This document shows, one piece after another, positions 62,189 through 64,000 of a stretch of 64,000 nucleotides of DNA; within the stretch, counting starts at the first letter, position 1, and each line of letters starts with the position of its first letter. The notes beneath the pieces were generated by a model. The model did no database searches. It saw only the letters and a list, made by a program, of their open reading frames with translations, and was not told the DNA's origin. This DNA is from Lophium mytilinum (Eukaryota), in the NCBI GenBank assembly GCA_010093605.1, contig MU004197.1:558001-622000 (forward strand), read 5' to 3'. The position numbers and the translations under genes are program-made.

Positions 62189-63714
62189 TCACGCCTTGCC
62201 CGTGGCAACACCTTCCATAGCCGGGCTTCCACCAGCAAGTCTGTTCTTGCTAACCACCCTCAGACCACCGATCAACATAGCCGCAGCCAGCGTAGCCAGG
62301 ATAACAGCCAGAGTAACAAAAGCGCCAATTACACCACCTACTGCAGCCGAGATGCCTCCGTGGCCACCGCTGCTCTTCGCGGCCGCGCTAGGAGTAGCAC
62401 TAGAAGGAGCATAAGCAGCACAAGTCCCCGTAGTGTTACCGCACTTGGTGCACCAATCCTGCGTCGTCGTAACCGCGAATTTGGAGAGCGAGTCCGCAAA
62501 GCTGTTCCACGAGATAGCCAGATCCTTGCCGCCAAACAGCGGGTACGCGATTGGCTCGCTGGAATTCGAGGCCGTGCCGTTGTGGAAGGAGAAGCGGACC
62601 TGCATGTCGCTGGTTGCCGGGAAGCCCCCCGATGGAACCGTAGCTTCAGTGAAGAGCTCGAAGACCATGGACGACGAGTAGTCGGGCACGCCCATGAAGT
62701 CTGGGTTGGCGGCTGGGAGACTGGCGAGGCCGAAGAAGGAGAGGAAGGAGGCGTAGGCGCCGAATTGGATGCCGAGTTTGTTGGACGAAAGGCCGCTGGA
62801 GCCCGAGGTGATGGTGCTGTTCATGTATTTGAGGACCTCGCCGGCAAGCTGCATGCCGGTCATGGAGCGCATGTCGTCCGAGGCGTTGTAGGCTAGGCCC
62901 CATTCGTGCGCGTCGGCGAGAGTGCGGGTTTGGAGGAGGACATCGGGCGTGAGGGTTGCGTTGGATGGGATGGAGGCGTTGTGGATTTCGGCCACGTTAA
63001 TGAGGTCGTAGACTGGCGATGTTAGCAAGGTTGGCCTCGGCTTCATAGAGAATTGCGAGAGGAAACGGAAATCTAGCTTCTGCAAGACTTACCAATATAA
63101 GCGTTCTTGAATGATACAGTGCTGGCGGCAAATGTAGCATTGACAACAGGGACCAAATCGTCATAGAAGCCTTTGGTGCTGTTCAACAGCTGGGTGTACT
63201 CGCTGCTGGTGAAGTAGTTGTTCGAGCTCAACTTCGCGTTTTCGCACCCTGATGCATCCTGGAGCCAGCCACTGTCCTCACTCCCGGAGCCTTGCGCGAC
63301 TGCGTTGACGGGGATTAACTGATAGCCATTCATTGGGGTCTGGACTTTGCTGCCATTGGACAGCGTTTGCACGCCCACGTCCTCTCCAACCGGAGGATAC
63401 AGCCCCTGGAGGAAGCCCATGGCAGAGTTCTGCAGCACATTGTCGACTGGCGCTGTGACTGAGATCTGGGAGAGCTTGACAACGTCCGAGTTCAACTTGT
63501 AGATCTTCGAGGTCTGGTTGGACAGGAAGCGCGAGCGGTAGTATTGGCCGGAGGTATAGACCTGGTCATAGCCCAGGGAGGTCAGATTCGCGGGCGGGAG
63601 AGACTTTGGCGTACGGTCACCATGACGGTGGAAGATGTAAGCTCCTAGGAGTGTTTCTGCAGCTTCTGCAGAGGATAGAAGCGCGAGCGTGGGGAAGACA
63701 ATGGAGAAATGCAT
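62189..63714 (-). CDS. Histidine acid phosphatase with signal peptide and C-terminal TM helix
   Basis: RHGDRTP (RHGxRxP), N-terminal signal sequence, intron at about 63025-63090, C-terminal GGVIGAFVTLAVIL. Confidence 0.9.
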
Positions 63715-64000
63715 GATGGAGCTTCTCAATTGACGTCCAGAAGAGCAATTAGAGCTTCTGATAGAATTGAGGATGGTCTGTGAAGAAAGAACAGAGAGCA
63801 GAAGACTAGAAAAGGCATGCGGTGCGGGGATGGGTGAGGTTTATCTACGTGTGGCCTCGTCCGGTACAGAAAAAGAGCTCGTGTCGAACGAACCATTGGC
63901 CGAAGGTGGGGCACACGAAGGGCTAAGCTGTTAGGGAAACCCTCGCCGGCACTGTTATCTATTCCATGCAACCATGCCGCTTATTGGCTGAGGTGTTGTT

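Overview
A 64 kb window from a filamentous ascomycete (Pezizomycotina): intron-containing genes with GT..CTRAC..YAG signals and a strongly RIP-mutated repeat block. It has four zones. (1) About 1-13.6 kb holds seven divergent paralogues of a gene family I do not recognise. The full architecture is an N-terminal C-x2-C-x3-H...C module, a coiled coil, and a C-terminal Zn2Cys6-like cluster fused to a CCCH finger. Members show domain loss and decay, and an eighth, compact member sits about 45 kb away at 58.3-59.0 kb. (2) About 13.9-28.1 kb holds a beta-lactamase-family esterase, an amidase pseudogene, a MITE, a tRNA-derived element, a delta-12-type desaturase, a MINDY deubiquitinase, TRM6 and PHO88/SND3. 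(3) 28264-45582 is a RIP-degraded Ty3/Gypsy retrotransposon with 118-bp LTRs, a 4-bp TSD, a tRNA-Pro-like PBS and about 3.7 kb of extra 3' sequence that looks like relic ORFs. A 6.2-kb LINE is nested in its integrase. (4) About 46-64 kb holds housekeeping genes (G6PD, RPL33, FAP7/AK6, HAM1/ITPA), a P450-fold protein lacking the heme cysteine, and a histidine acid phosphatase. All calls come from manual motif reading; no database searches were run, so novelty is unconfirmed.
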